Assembly (NCBI RefSeq): GCF_009914755.1
Contig: NC_060947.1
DNA length: 64,000 nucleotides
Source of the DNA: the human T2T-CHM13v2.0 reference genome, Homo sapiens
Direction: 5' to 3' (one strand)
The position numbers and the translations under genes were made by a program. This document shows positions 36,549 to 51,904 of the stretch, one piece after another; the stretch's first letter is position 1; every line of letters begins with the position of its first letter. Under the pieces are notes generated by a model that saw only the letters and a program-made list of their open reading frames with translations, searched no databases and was not told the DNA's origin.

Positions 36549-37781
36549 TTTAAAAAGTATATATACTAAAAAAATACAGAGAATTAATGATAGACAATGT
36601 TCCCTCCTATGAAGATAAACAAAACTGGTAAATCATGAGCCATGTTAAATGATACATAAAAAAGAATACCCAAATATACAATATTAGAAACTAAAAAAGG
36701 AAAGATTATAACTGATACTAGAGAAATACAAAAGATTATTAAAGGCAATTATGGAAAATTATACATTGACAACTTGGAAAATCTAGAGTAAATGGATGAA
36801 TGTATGACAACATGATACCTACCAAGATTTGATTCAGAAAAAAATAAAAACCTGAACAGGACAATGAGTAGCAAGATTGAATCAGGAATAAAAACCCTCA
36901 CAACAACAATGAAAAGTCTACAACTGGATGAATTCGCTGTCAAATTCTATCAAATGCATAATAAAGAACTAATGCCAATCATCCTCAAACTAGTCTAAAT
37001 AATTTTACAGATATTATTCCCAACTCATATGACAGTGCCATCCTTACCCTGTTATCAAACCGGACAAAGACACAACAAAGAAAACTGTATGCTAACATTC
37101 CTAATGAACATATATGCAAATATCTTCAACATAATAATTGCAAACCAAATCCAACAGCACATCAAAAAAGATGTAATCTCACCATGATTGACCTGCATAG
37201 TCCAACATACGCAGATCAACAAATGTGATACATCACAATATTAGAATAAAGGATGAAACCATATGATAATTTCAATAGATGTAGAAAAATTATTTATTAA
37301 AATTCAAGATCTCTTTATTATAAAATCCCTCAAAAAACTAGGCATAGAAGAAACATACCTCAAATAATAAAGGCCATGTAGAACAAACCCACAGCTAACA
37401 TAATAGTGAATAGGGATAACTTAAAAGCAATCTTTTCAAGAACTAAACAAGACCAGGCTGCCCATTTTCATCACTTTAATTCAACACAGAACTGGAAGTC
37501 CTAGCCAGAGCAGTCAGGCAAGAAAGAAATATAAAAAGCATTCACGCTAACAAGAAGAAATTTAAATTGACCCTTTTTGCAGATTACATAATCTTATATT
37601 TAAGAAAACCAAAAGATTTTACCTAAAAACCTTTAAAACTGATAAATAAATACAGTAAACTTGCAAAATACAAAATCAACATAGAAAAATTATTAGTTTT
37701 CATACGCAAATAACAAAATAACCAAAAAAAAATCAAGAAGGCAATTCTATTTACAGTAGCTGCAAAAATCTACCATGCCTA

Positions 37782-38076
<295 letters not shown>

Positions 38077-39258
38077 CTACCATGCCTAGTGACCTAGGAA
38101 TATATTTAACCAAGGAGGTGAAAGAGCTCTAAATTAAAAAAAAAAATGAAGAAAATTTACCAGATACTGATTCAAAAATGTAAAAGAACACAAACAACTG
38201 GAAAGGCACCCCATGGTCATGAATCAGAAGCATTAATATCATTAAAGTGAACATATTTCCCAAATAAATCTACATATTCAGTGTAACTGCTATCAAAATA
38301 ACAATGCCATTTTTCACAGAAATAGAAAAAAATCCTAAAATTAGTATGGAAATTTAAAAAAAGCCAGAATATGTAAATACATCCTGATCAAAAAGAACAA
38401 AGTTGGAACCATCACATTACTTAACTTCAAATTATACTACAAAGCAATAATAACCAAAGCCACATGGTATAGATATAAAAGTAGACACATGAGCCAATGG
38501 AACTGAAAAGAGTATCCATAAATAGATGCATGTATGTGCAGCCAGTTGATCTTCAACATAGTTGTCAAGAACATACACTGGGGCAATGCCACCATCTTTA
38601 ATAAATGTGGTGGGAAAACTGGATAACCAAATGAAGAAGAATAAAAGTGGGCCTCTATCTCTTCCCAAGAAATCAACTAATTGTAGAGTGAAGACTTAAA
38701 TATGAGACCCAAAATTGTAATACCATGAGGAGATAACAGAGGAAAATGGGCACTTCGGACATTGTTCTGGAGAAATATGGCTATGACCTGAAAAGCACAG
38801 GTAAGAAGAACAAAAATAGACTAATGAGACAATATTAAGCTAAAGGTTAAAATTCAGTAGTGTTTCTATACACTAAAAATGAAATAGCCAAAAGAGAAAT
38901 TACGAATGCAATCCCATTTTTTAATACTTACAAAAAATACCTAGCAATAAATTTTATCAAAGAGTTGAAAGATCTCTACAAGGAAAACTGAGAAAACACT
39001 GATTAAATAAATTGAAGAGGACATAAAAAATAAATGTATATCCCATCTTCAGGAATCAGAGTCATTAATATTGTTAAACTAATCATACTGCCCAAAGAAA
39101 TCTGTAGATTCAATGCAATCGATATCAGAACACTAATAATATTTTCACAGTAATTGAAAAAGCTATCCAAAATTAGTATAGAACTAAAAAAGAGCCAGAA
39201 AAGCCAAAACAATCCTGAGCACAAAGACAAAAGCTGGAGGCATCACACCATCTGACAC

Positions 39259-39330
39259 TTACCCAAGTAACAAACCTGCACATGTACCTCCTAAACCTAC
39301 AATAAAAGTTGAAAAAAAAAGAAAAGAAAA
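39259..39330 (+). mobile_element. L1PA13-16/L1PB 3' tip with polyA
   Basis: TAACAAACCTGCACATGTACCTCCTAAACCTACAATAAAAGTTGAAAAAAAA. Confidence 0.8.
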
Positions 39331-39642
39331 TTCCATTAGTTTTATTTTGAAAAGCAGAAAAATAAATTTAGGAGTGTGGACCCAGTGTCAGATTGCCAAG
39401 TAGAGCCCATCTGAACCCAGTACCTTCCTTTGAGAAATGAGATTAATGAAGAAAATATCTCAAATAAATGATTTTAAGAATAAATAAAGCTATGCAAGAA
39501 AAAACTCAATACATTACAAGGCTTTACTATCCATAACATCATGGTATTTTTACAAAAATAGACACATAGACCAATGTAAAAAATACATATTTACAGTCAA
39601 CTGATTTTCGACCAAGTAGTCAAGAACAAACTTAGTAAAGTT

Positions 39643-40104
39643 TGGTCAGACAAGTGATTTGACCATGAAAGATTCTTCCTTGTAAATGGAATAAAGGTTT
39701 CTAGTGATCTGAAAAAAAAAAAAAAAAAGTGTGAGAACTAAACAGTAGGGATGCCATTTTTCTACCTTGGAGACTGTGTTTTCTAGGTTGTTCCCAGAAA
39801 CAAAGCAAATGCCAACCTCGCCCATACTTTTAACAGAGCATAACAACACTGACCACAACAAAGCCTGATGGCTCTTACCACATCCTTCCCCAGCCCCCTA
39901 CAGTTCCAACCTGCCAGCACTTCCCCAACTCCTCCCCTACAGATAATTTGTTATAAAAACCTTAACCTGTGAGTGATCAAAGAGATCAGGGTCTCAGCCA
40001 GATTCCTGACTGGGACCCCTCACAGGCTTATTCCTGTAAACAAACCTATTTGGTTGTTGAGTTGCTTTCTCTCCCTCACTCTCTTCCTTTATATTTTTCT
40101 AACA
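39643..40104 (+). mobile_element. ERV1 5' LTR of HERV-F/Fc-like provirus (left boundary approximate)
   Basis: L1 homology ends ~39640; TATAAAA at 39952-39958; ends CTAACA just before the PBS. Confidence 0.8.
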
Positions 40105-40106
40105 TT

Positions 40107-40124
40107 TGGTGCCAAAACCCAGAA
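40107..40124 (+). promoter_or_regulatory. Primer-binding site, tRNA-Phe
   Basis: TGGTGCCAAAACCCAGAA vs tRNA-Phe complement TGGTGCCGAAACCCGGGA, 15/18, all G>A (two at CpG). Confidence 0.85.
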
Positions 40125-40311
40125 TGGGGTCTGGGTTTCATAGCGGAGAGGTTGTCTCTCACGGCTTCGTGTTCCCAGCCCCATCTACCATCCTTCTTCC
40201 CACCTTCACATTCCACTCTCCTTCTTTTTCTTCTCCCCTCCCTACCCCTTTCTTTACTTGGCAACTCCAGCGAAAGGCCACCGCCAACTGATGACCAGAC
40301 ATCGCTTCGAA

Positions 40312-40320
40312 CTGGTAAGT
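40312..40320 (+). promoter_or_regulatory. Probable proviral major splice donor CTG|GTAAGT
   Basis: Consensus 5' splice site in the leader between PBS and gag. Confidence 0.6.
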
Positions 40321-40543
40321 TTTGGCAGCCCTTCCTTGGTGCCAGGAAAGGATTGCCTCATTACCAGACAACTCCGGGAATCTGGAAGCAAAGGAGATGT
40401 CTTTTGTTTCTAGTCTCCCCTTTCTGTGAGGATTCAAGAAAACCGGGGTTTTTCTTCAAAATCTTCTGCCGGGATTTTTGAGACAGTTGTTGGAACACCT
40501 CAACTGACCCCATCTCCCTTGGCTTCCATCCTGGAAAACAGAA

Positions 40544-42015
40544 ATGGGAAATCTGCCGTCCAAAATTCCCTTAGACTCACCTTTGGGCTGTCTATTTAAA
40601 AACCAAACTCAATTGGAGCTTACTGACACTATAAAACCTAAACTGCTAATTTTCTTCTGCAATGTGGCCCGGCCACGATACAAGTTGGATAATGGCAGTT
40701 ACTGGCCTGAAAATAGCACTTTTAATTTCCAAATTCAATGCAATCTTGACAAATTCTTACAAAGAAATGGCAAATGGTCTGAGGACCCCTATATCCAGGC
40801 TTTCATGTATTTATGCTCAAAACCCTCTCTGTCAGACTTGTTCCCCTCACCAGTTGTTATTGCTAAACGAAAATTCCCAGTCCCCTTCTCACTCTTCCCC
40901 CATAACAACCCTGAGAGCAATTTTGATCCCGCTGAGGAACCTCCACCATACCACCAGCTTCAGGCCCCTGCCGGAGCCACCAGCCCCATCGCCACCTCCC
41001 CCACTCCCCTTTCTATCTATATCACCTGTTCAAAAAAACAGTCAAACCCTAGCCATCCTTCCCCTCTGCGAGGTTCATGTTCCTTCTCAATGCCAGACAT
41101 GTCTGAGATCAAAAGGCACCTGGTTCCTTTTCCACTGACCCTTCCCACTTCCGAAGGGAGTTTCTTTATGTTACTCAGTCATATAACCTTACTTGGCATA
41201 ACATTTATGTTATCCTCTTAGCCACTCTTACCCCAGATAAGAAACAATGCATTTGGCTGGCCTCTCAAGCCCATACCAATATACTTCACCAGCAAGATGT
41301 AGTCCATAATCCTGTTGCAGCCAATGCTGTTCCCGGAGCAGACCCCTAATAAACTTACCCTGCATCCAGTGCTATAATCATATGTTCACTTGTCTCCTGG
41401 TTGGCATGGAAAAATGTGCCCATAAGGCAGTAAATTATGAAAAAATTAGAGAAATAAGCCATGGCCCAAATGAAAATCTAGCTTTTCCTGTAAAGGTTAT
41501 CAGAGACCATGCTCAAATACACAAAACTAGACCCTGAATCACAAGAGGGTCAAGCCTATCTTCACTTACATTTCATTTCACAATCAGCACCAGATATTAG
41601 GAAAAAGCTGCAAAAACTAGAGGAGGGACCACAGACCCCACGAAGGGATCTTATAAATCTGGCCTTCAAGGTCTTCAATATCAGAGAGAAAGAACATAAA
41701 ATGCAAAAGGAGAAGCAGGTTAATATTAAATACCAGATCCTAGCTGCTGCCCTCCAGAGGGTTTCTAAGGAAAGATCATCTTCTCAGGACCCTGGCACCT
41801 GTTTTCGATGCGGCAACACAGGACTTTGGGCAAAGGCCTGCCCAAACCCATGGCCCCCAGCAAAGCCCTGTCCTACATGTGGTAAATGGGGACACTGGAA
41901 AATAGACTGCTCTCAACGAGAACACCCTTCCTGTTTGACAGCATTCTCTAGTAGGTCCCCGGACCCACAGCAGGGAAGCCTCTCCTTTTTGTTGGCACTA
42001 GCATCTGAAGACTGA
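40544..42015 (+). pseudogene. gag: ERV gag, frameshifted (MA, PPPY late domain, CA, NC with two zinc knuckles)
   Basis: MGNLPS..SPLGC..LIFFCN..WPEN..GKWSE.PYIQAF; PPPY 40940-40951; HFISQSAPDIRKKLQKL; CFRCGNTGLWAKAC and CPTCGKWGHWKIDC (41800-41910); TGA 42013-42015. Confidence 0.93.
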
Positions 42016-43905
<1,890 letters not shown>

Positions 43906-43936
43906 CCATCGCAGGGAGCTTCTCATATAAGGGCCT

Positions 43937-44806
43937 TATATTGTAAAATATACAGTTGTCTTTTATCTCAATTTCCTGACATACAGCTACCAAAATTAAT
44001 AAGAGTATCTTTTTTATCCTAATGAGATGACAGGTGGCTGGGGGTTGCTATTTAATAGATAGCCTCAAAATGAGGACTGTTGGCTAGAGCAACCAACCAT
44101 GTAATTAGAGTGTTGAAACTTTTACTCCCACACCCAATATCCACAAGGAGAAGAGGGGCTAAATATTGAGTTGATAAGCCCAGGGCTAATAATTTAATCA
44201 ATCATCCCTGCATAATAGTATTTTCACAAAACCCAAAAGGACTGAGTTCTGAGGGCTTTAAGATAGCTGAACATGTGGAGAGTCACACAGCCAGGGAGGG
44301 CCTGGAATGTATACCTCTTCTTCCCTACCTCACCACTTGCATCTCTTCTATATAGCTGTTCATTTGTGTCCTTCATAATAGAATAAATGAATAAATGTAA
44401 GTAAAGCGTTTCTCTGAGTTGTGTGAGCCACTCAAGTAAATTAATAAATCCCAAGGAGGGAGGCTTGAAAACCTTAATTTACAGCTGCTGGTCAGAGGAA
44501 CAGGTCACAATCAGTGCTTGTGACTGGCATACATAGTGTGGGATCAGTCCTTTGGGACTGAGCCATCAGGCAGTGGGATCTGAAACTGATAGTGTCAGAA
44601 TCGAATCAAATTGAATTGAATTGAATTGGATTGAGTTGAATTGAATTAGAGGACACCCAGCTGGTGTCCACCATAGAATCATCTGTAGAATAGTTTGGTG
44701 TGTGTGGGAAAACCTCACACACATCAGGGGTGATGGAAGCCTTCTGTTGTGGTAAGTACAAAGTAGGAAAAACACACTCTTGTTTGCTTTTTTTTCATAT
44801 CACCAG
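43937..44806 (+). mobile_element. MER21-type solo LTR
   Basis: ATATTGTAAAATATA..TTTCCTGACATACAGCT..CTAATGAGATGAC..GGACACCCAGCTGGTGTCC; internal (GAATT)n expansion ~44595-44650; flanked by GGCCT. Confidence 0.85.
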
Positions 44807-44933
44807 AGGCCTTAGTTCTATTTACAAAGGAGAATCTTTGTAATGGTCTAATCACTTATTAAAGGCCCCACGTCTTAATACTGTCACATTGGCAACACCT
44901 GAATTTTGGAGAAAACACATTTAAACCAGAGCA
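44807..44933 (-). mobile_element. MSTC/MSTD-like LTR fragment (rest at ~43912-43936, split by MER21)
   Basis: CTAATCACTTATTAAAGGCCCCACGTCTTAATACTGTCACATTGGCAACACCTGAATTTTGGAG..AAACCAGAGCA. Confidence 0.75.
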
Positions 44934-45490
44934 CTATATATCTGATCAGAGATCAATATCAAAAATATATAAATAACTTATACTACTCAATGGTGAAATA
45001 ATCAAATAACCTGATTTTAAAATTAGCAAAGGACAAAATAGACTTCTTAAAAAAAGAAGACATGCAAATAGGCAACAGGTATATAAAAATGCTCAACATC
45101 ACTAATTATTCAAAAAAATAAAAATTAAAACCACAATAGGATATTATCTCACACTTCCTAAGATGGCTATTATCAAAAAGTCAAAAGTTAAGTGTTGATA
45201 AACATATTGAGAAAAGATAACCCATATACATTGTTGGTGTAAATACAAATTGGTATAGCCACTATAAAAGAGTATAGAGTTTCCTCAAAAAATTGAAAAG
45301 TAAAACCACCATATTATCCAGAAGTCCCACTGCTGGGTATATATCCAAAGCAAATAAAATCAGGACTTTGTAAATATATATGTACTATCATATTATTACA
45401 GGATTACTTACAATAGCCAAGATATGAAAACAATTTAATTGTTCATCAACAAATAAATCGATAAGAATATATCACACAAACACACACACA

Positions 45491-46930
45491 CGGGGGACTT
45501 CAAAAAATTTATGAAAATGGATATTATGAAAAAATCTCTTCATAAATTAAAATTTTTACACCAAAATAAACTCATAGTAATTCATGTTTGAATAGGACAT
45601 AATTTGAGGCAATAAGAAGAATAAAACATCAGTTTGAAAAGCATCTCTATCAAAGTAACATGAATCCTGCTGATATTGAAAATAAAAAATCAAATTTATG
45701 AAAAAGTGTGGGTGGAATAATGGTAAAAATAATTGTTGCTTCATGAAAAGTTAATGGGGGAAATGTCCAAAAGAAATGAGCAGTTTCTAAATGGATAATT
45801 CATTTTATTAAGAGAAGGGACAATGTTGGAAATGAGGCTTGCAGCATCAGATTATCCACACCAGTTTGAGGAAATAAAATCGTTTTGTTCATGCCCTAAT
45901 TAGAGGAGACTGATGATTAACAGCAGAAATGATAGTCAACACCATAGACACCTCAGTTGTTTCAGCTTACAAAATTCTGACTGAAAAGGTAAAGTTGAGA
46001 AAATTTTCTACTTGATAGATGCTGAAACCATTGAATCCAGGTTAGCTGCAGACAAGAGCAGAGATTTCAAGATAAATTTTAGAAAAGATTAATATCTTGA
46101 ATCTTTTTTTTGAAAAATTGTAACAGGGGATAAAATATAGCTTTCCCAGTGTGATCCTGGAAATGGAGCCCAATCAAAATAATGGCTACCAAAAAGCAGA
46201 AGTGGTTTAGTCAAAGCAAGAGCAGACAGTAAAGAGCAAGTTATGGGATGCTCAAGAAATTTTGCTCTTGTTGACATTCTTAAGGGCTAAAAAACAAGCA
46301 ACATCTGCTTATTATGAAAGTGTTTTGAGAAAGTTAGTCAAAGCTTTAGCAAAAATATGCACAGGAAAGTTTTGTCAGAGAGCCATCCACCAGTGTGAAA
46401 AGGTTCCTGCTAATTCCTCTCATCAAATGAGCAAGTTTGTGAGCATTTTCATGGAAAATTATTAGGCATCCACCTTAAAATCTTGATTTGGTTCATTTTG
46501 GCTTCTTTTTGTTTTCTAATTTAAAAATATATTTAAAGGGGGCCCATTTATGTTTAGTTAATAATGTAAAAGAGACTGCATTGACATAGATCAATTCCCA
46601 GGACCCTCACATAGATCAACTTCCAGGACCCTCAATACTTTAGGGATGGACCAAATGACTAGTATCATCACTTACAATGGTGTGTTGAAATTGATGGCCT
46701 TTTTAAAAATTTTTTGAGATTAGAAATTAAAAAGAAGTCAAAAGGAGCAAAATTAGAATTCTAAGGTAGATGTCTAATAATTTCCTATCAAAATGTTCAA
46801 AAAATTTGTTGTTTAACAAGAGAAATGAGCAGAAATATGGCCTTTTCAAACTGATAGAGCTTATGTTAAGAAGTAAATTTTTTATTTGTGTTTTTAATTT
46901 TGATTTTCAATATCTTTTGAAGTCATCTTA
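45491..46930 (+). mobile_element. Hsmar2 mariner, near full length, dead transposase
   Basis: TIRs CGGGGGACTTCAAAAAATTTATG.. and ..TCTTTTGAAGTCATCTTA; ATGAATCCTGCT start ~45660; IVTGD; SAYYESVLRKL in ORF 46262..46465; decayed HPPYSPDL region ~46465-46510. Confidence 0.9.
46584..46633. repeat. 25-bp tandem duplication in Hsmar2
   Basis: ACATAGATCAATTCCCAGGACCCTC / ACATAGATCAACTTCCAGGACCCTC. Confidence 0.95.
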
Positions 46931-48590
46931 CATGTTCGTGTGTGTACACAAACACACACACAATAGAATGTTGTTTACCTTTAAAACTGAAAACTGTCCT
47001 GCCATTTACAAATAAATGGATGAAACTAAAAGACATTTTACCAATTTAAATAAGTCAGACCCAGGAAGACAAATACTTCCTGATCTCAATATATCTGGAA
47101 TCTATAAAATTGAACTAAGAAAAATAAAGCAGAAAGAAAGTGACCATGGTTAGAAGAGGAAATGGAGAGATATTGGTCAAAAGTTACAAATTTGGAGTTA
47201 TAAGATAAAAAATTCTAGAGACCTAATGTACAGCATGGTAAATATAGCTAATAATAATACACTGTAAACTTGAAAGGTGACAAGGAAAACTATTTAATTA
47301 TTCTCACCACAGAAAAGGTAACTACACAAGGAGATGCATTTGATTTAAATTAATTTTGCCATTTTATAATTTATACATATAACAAATCATCACATTGTGT
47401 ACCTTGAACTTATGTGATTTTTATTTTTCAATATAATTTAATAAAACTGGAAAAATAAGATTAAAATTATGTTAAGTATCGTTTCCAACCACAATAAACT
47501 GCAACTAGAAATTAATAGCAGATGGAAAACTGAAAAATTCACAAAGAAGTAGAAATTAATTAACAAATTCCTGAATAAGAAATGGTTCAAAGGTATCAAA
47601 AGCATAATCAGAAAATATTTTGAAAAAATGAAAATAAGAATGAAACATACTAAAACTAATGAGAACATACTAAATGAAACATACTAAACATACAAAATGA
47701 AACATACTAAAACTGCAAAAGCAGTCCTAAGAAGAAAGTTTATACCTAACATTAAAAAAAATGAGGTACTCAAATAAATGACCTAACATCATACCTCAAG
47801 AAAACAGAACAAGAAGTTTAACTTTTCCACAAGGGAGGAAATAATAAACATTAGAACAAAGATACATAAAATTGAGACTAGAAAAACAAAAATTTCTACA
47901 ATACTAAGAACTGGTTTTCTGAAAACATCAATAAAATTAAAATCTTCGCTTCACTAAGAAAAAAGAAGACTCAAATACATGAAATAAAAAAGGTGCATTG
48001 TAACTGATTTTATAGAAATCAGGAAAATTATAAGAGACTCTCATGAACAATTTCATACCAACAAATTATATAACCTAAAAGAAATAGGTAAATTCTTACA
48101 AAAATAAAATCAAGACATAATCATAAAGAAGGTAAATCCAGAGAGAGCACTAACTAGTACGAAGGTTGAATCACTAAGAAAAATCCTCCCAATGAAACAA
48201 TAGCCCAGGACCACAAGGCTTTCCTGGTAAATTTTACCAAATTTATAAAGAAGAATGAACACCATTTCTTCATAAATTGTTCCTCCCCCAAAATGAAGAT
48301 TCTCATAACGTTTATACTTACAAAGTTTATACATATAGAGTCATTTTATGAGAGCAGCATTACCCTGATATCAAAACTAGGTAAAGAAACTAATATAATA
48401 AGACCTATAGGCTGATATCCCTGATAAACATGGATGCAAAAATCTGCAACAATATATTAGGAAACAAAATTTTAAAAGCACATTAAAACGATCAAACACC
48501 ATGACGAAGTGATATTTATCCCTGCGATTCAAGAAGGCTTCAACCGATGAAAATATATTGTGATTTACAGCCTTAACAAAGTAAAGTTTA

Positions 48591-48841
48591 CCAGCGCTTT
48601 GGGAGGCCGAGGTGGGTGGATCACTTGAGGCCAGGAGTTTGAGATCAGCCTGGCCAACATGACGAAACTTCATCTCCACTAAAAATACAAAAATTAGCTG
48701 GATGTTGTGGCACACGCCTGTAATCCCAGCTACCCGGGAGGCTGAGGCAAAGAATTGCTTCAACCTGGAAGGCAGAGGCTGCTGTGAACCGAGGTTGTGC
48801 CACTGAACTCCAGCCAGGGCAACAGAGTGAGACTTCATCTC

Positions 48842-48908
<67 letters not shown>
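48591..48908 (+). mobile_element. 5'-truncated AluS (Sz-like) with (A)n(TA)n tail
   Basis: CACTTGAGGCCAGGAGTTTGAG; long A run then TA microsatellite. Confidence 0.9.
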
Positions 48909-48912
<4 letters not shown>

Positions 48913-50075
48913 TCTCAATAAGTACAGAAAAAAAACAATGACCAAACTCAACACACACTCATGATAAAAACTTTCAATAAACAGGAAATAGAAAGAAATT
49001 ACCTCAACACAATAAAAGCCCTATATCCAAAGCTCTTAGCTCACATCATACTCATTAGGGAAAAATTGAAAGCTTTTCTGGAAAAAGATCAAGGGACAAG
49101 GTATCCTCAGACTTGCACTTCTATTCAATACAGTACTGGAAGTTGTAGCAAAAATAAAATAGGCAAAAAAAAATTAAATTGAAGGTATTTAAATTATAAG
49201 AAATGAAATTAACTCTATTTACTAATAGTGTTCACTTATGCAAAATTTTAAATATTACAAAAAATTTTGAAGACTATAAAAATTATTTAAACTAATTAAC
49301 ACATTTAGTAAAGTTACTGAATACAAAATCAACATACAGAAATCGTTCGCATTTCTATTCAATTACTGTGAACCATCTAAAAATAAAATGAAGAAAACAA
49401 TCTTATTTACACTAGCATCCAAAAAATACATTACTTAGGAATGAACTTAACTAAGTAATACACTTGTATATTGAAAACTAAAAAAAAGATAAAAAAATTA
49501 AAGAAGACACCAATAAATGGAAAGATATCCTGTGTTCATTGCTTGGAAAATTAATATTGTTAACATTTCCATACTTCCCATATTGATCTACAGATTCAGT
49601 GCAATCTCTATCAAAAACTTCAATGGCATTTTATACAAAAGAAGTAAATAAGTCCTAAAATTTGTATGAAAACACAAAGGACCGCCAGTAACCAAACCAA
49701 CCCCGTGAAAGAACAAAGTTAAATTCTTTACACTTCCTGATTTCAAAATGTATCACAAAGCTATAGTAGTTAAAGGAGTATGGTACTGGCATAACGACAG
49801 ACATCTAAATTGATAGAACAGAATAGAGAGTTTAGGAATAAACCCACATGTATTAGGTCAACAGTTCTTTGTCAAGGACACCAAGAATACAAAATGGGGA
49901 AAAATAGTTTCTTCACCAAATGGTACTCAGAAGACTGGATATGCACATGCAAAAGTATAAAATTAGACCCTTATCTTCCAAAATACACAACATCAACTAA
50001 AGATCTAAAACTATAAAATCCTAGAAAAAAAACAAAGCTTAAGAAAAGGCTTTATGACATTGGATTTGGCAATGA

Positions 50076-50379
<304 letters not shown>

Positions 50380-50638
50380 GGCAATGATTTTTTTATTTTG
50401 ACCCCAAAACAAATGCAACAAAGCAAATATAGAAAAATGGGTCTCAAACTAAACATTTTCCGCACAGCAAAATAAATAATGAACAACAAAAAGGCAATCT
50501 ACAAAATAGACTAAAGTATTGACATATCATATATGTGATTAGAGGTTAATATCACAAATGTAGAATAAACTCCTACACCTCGATATCAAAACAAATTTTA
50601 AAAAAGCAAATATCATGATTAAAAAACAGGCAAACAAT

Positions 50639-50940
50639 GGCCGGGCACGGTGGCTCACGCCTGTAATCCCAACACTTTGGGAGGCCGAGGTGGGCGGATC
50701 ACAAGGTCAGGAGTTCGAGACCAGCCTGGCCAATATAGTGAAACCCCGTCTTTGCTAAAAAATACAAAAAATAAACCAGGCATGGTGGCATGCGCCCATA
50801 ATCCCAGATACTCGGGAGGTTGAGGCAGGAGAATCGCTTGAACCCAGGAAGTGGAGGTTGCAGTGAGCAAGATTGTGCAATTGCACTCCAGCCCAGGCAA
50901 TAGTGTGAGACTGTCTAAAAAAAAAAAAAAAAAAAAAAAA
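50639..50940 (+). mobile_element. AluSg-like
   Basis: GATCACAAGGTCAGGAGTTCGAGACCAGCC; polyA; degenerate TSD CAGGCAAA. Confidence 0.92.
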
Positions 50941-51904
50941 CACGCAGGCAAATAACTTAAACATTTCTGCAATAAATACATTAAAATGGGCAACAGGTAT
51001 ATTAAAAGATGCCCAATATCTCTAATTATCAAGGAAATGCAAATAAAAACCACAATGAGATAATACCTCACATCTGTATATATTAATTCCTGTAAATATA
51101 TAGGTTAAATGATGTAAATATATACATAAAATTGGATGTGAAATGGTGCAATTAATACAGAAAATAGTATGGATAATTCTCAAAAAATAGATTGAAAAGA
51201 AAACTACCATATGATATAGCAATCCACACATTGGATATTTACTCTAAATAAATACAATACAAATATTGAGGATACACTTGCACTTCCATGATCATTGCAG
51301 AATTACTCACAAAAGCCAAGTGGTAGAAACCATCTAAGTATCCATCAATGAAAAGAAAGATGTGGTATATACATCTAATGTAATATTATTTAGCAAAATT
51401 GAAAGAAATCTTGTCATATGCTATAACATGAATGAACATTAAAAGCATTAGTCAAAGTAAAATAAGCCAGTTACAGAAGACAAATACTGCATGATTCCAC
51501 TTATATAAAATATCTGAAATTGTAAAACTCATAAAAGCAGAAAGTAGAATAATGATAATGAGACACTGACAATAGGAAAAATGTGGAGCTGCTAGTTAAT
51601 GTATGTGAAACTTCAACTATGCAAGATGAATAAGGTCAAGAGTACTACACAATATTCTAACTATAGTTAACAATACTTCATTTTACACTTAAAAAATGAA
51701 CTGTGTAGGTTTCATGTTACATGTTCTTACCACAGTAAAAATCAAGCAAACCAAAAAACCTTTAAAAATTCCATAAAAATAACTATTAAAATAAATAAAT
51801 GAATTAAGCAAAGTACTTCAGTAAAATAGCATGCAAAAATTACTTGCATTCCTATATACCAACAATAAAAAAATCTGAAAAGAAAAATAAGAAATCTTAA
51901 TGCA

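Larger units (their letters stand above)
44934..47458 (+). mobile_element. L1MA8/9-like ORF2 C-terminus and 3'UTR, split by Hsmar2
   Basis: CCCACTGCTGGGTATATATCCAAAG; 3'UTR resumes ~46931 and ends AATAAAACTGGAAAAATAA. Confidence 0.8.

Noticed and set aside
44595-44650. (GAATT)n as satellite II/III or a CRISPR-like array
   Set aside because: Short expansion of a motif native to the MER21 LTR; no spacers; eukaryotic context
45660-46700. Functional or domesticated mariner transposase
   Set aside because: Many stops and frameshifts; longest in-frame remnant in the track is 67 aa
48377-48958. 193-aa ORF and other Alu-spanning ORFs (28266-28681, 50655-51071)
   Set aside because: Antisense Alu and microsatellite translations ([16 protein letters not shown]-type motifs)
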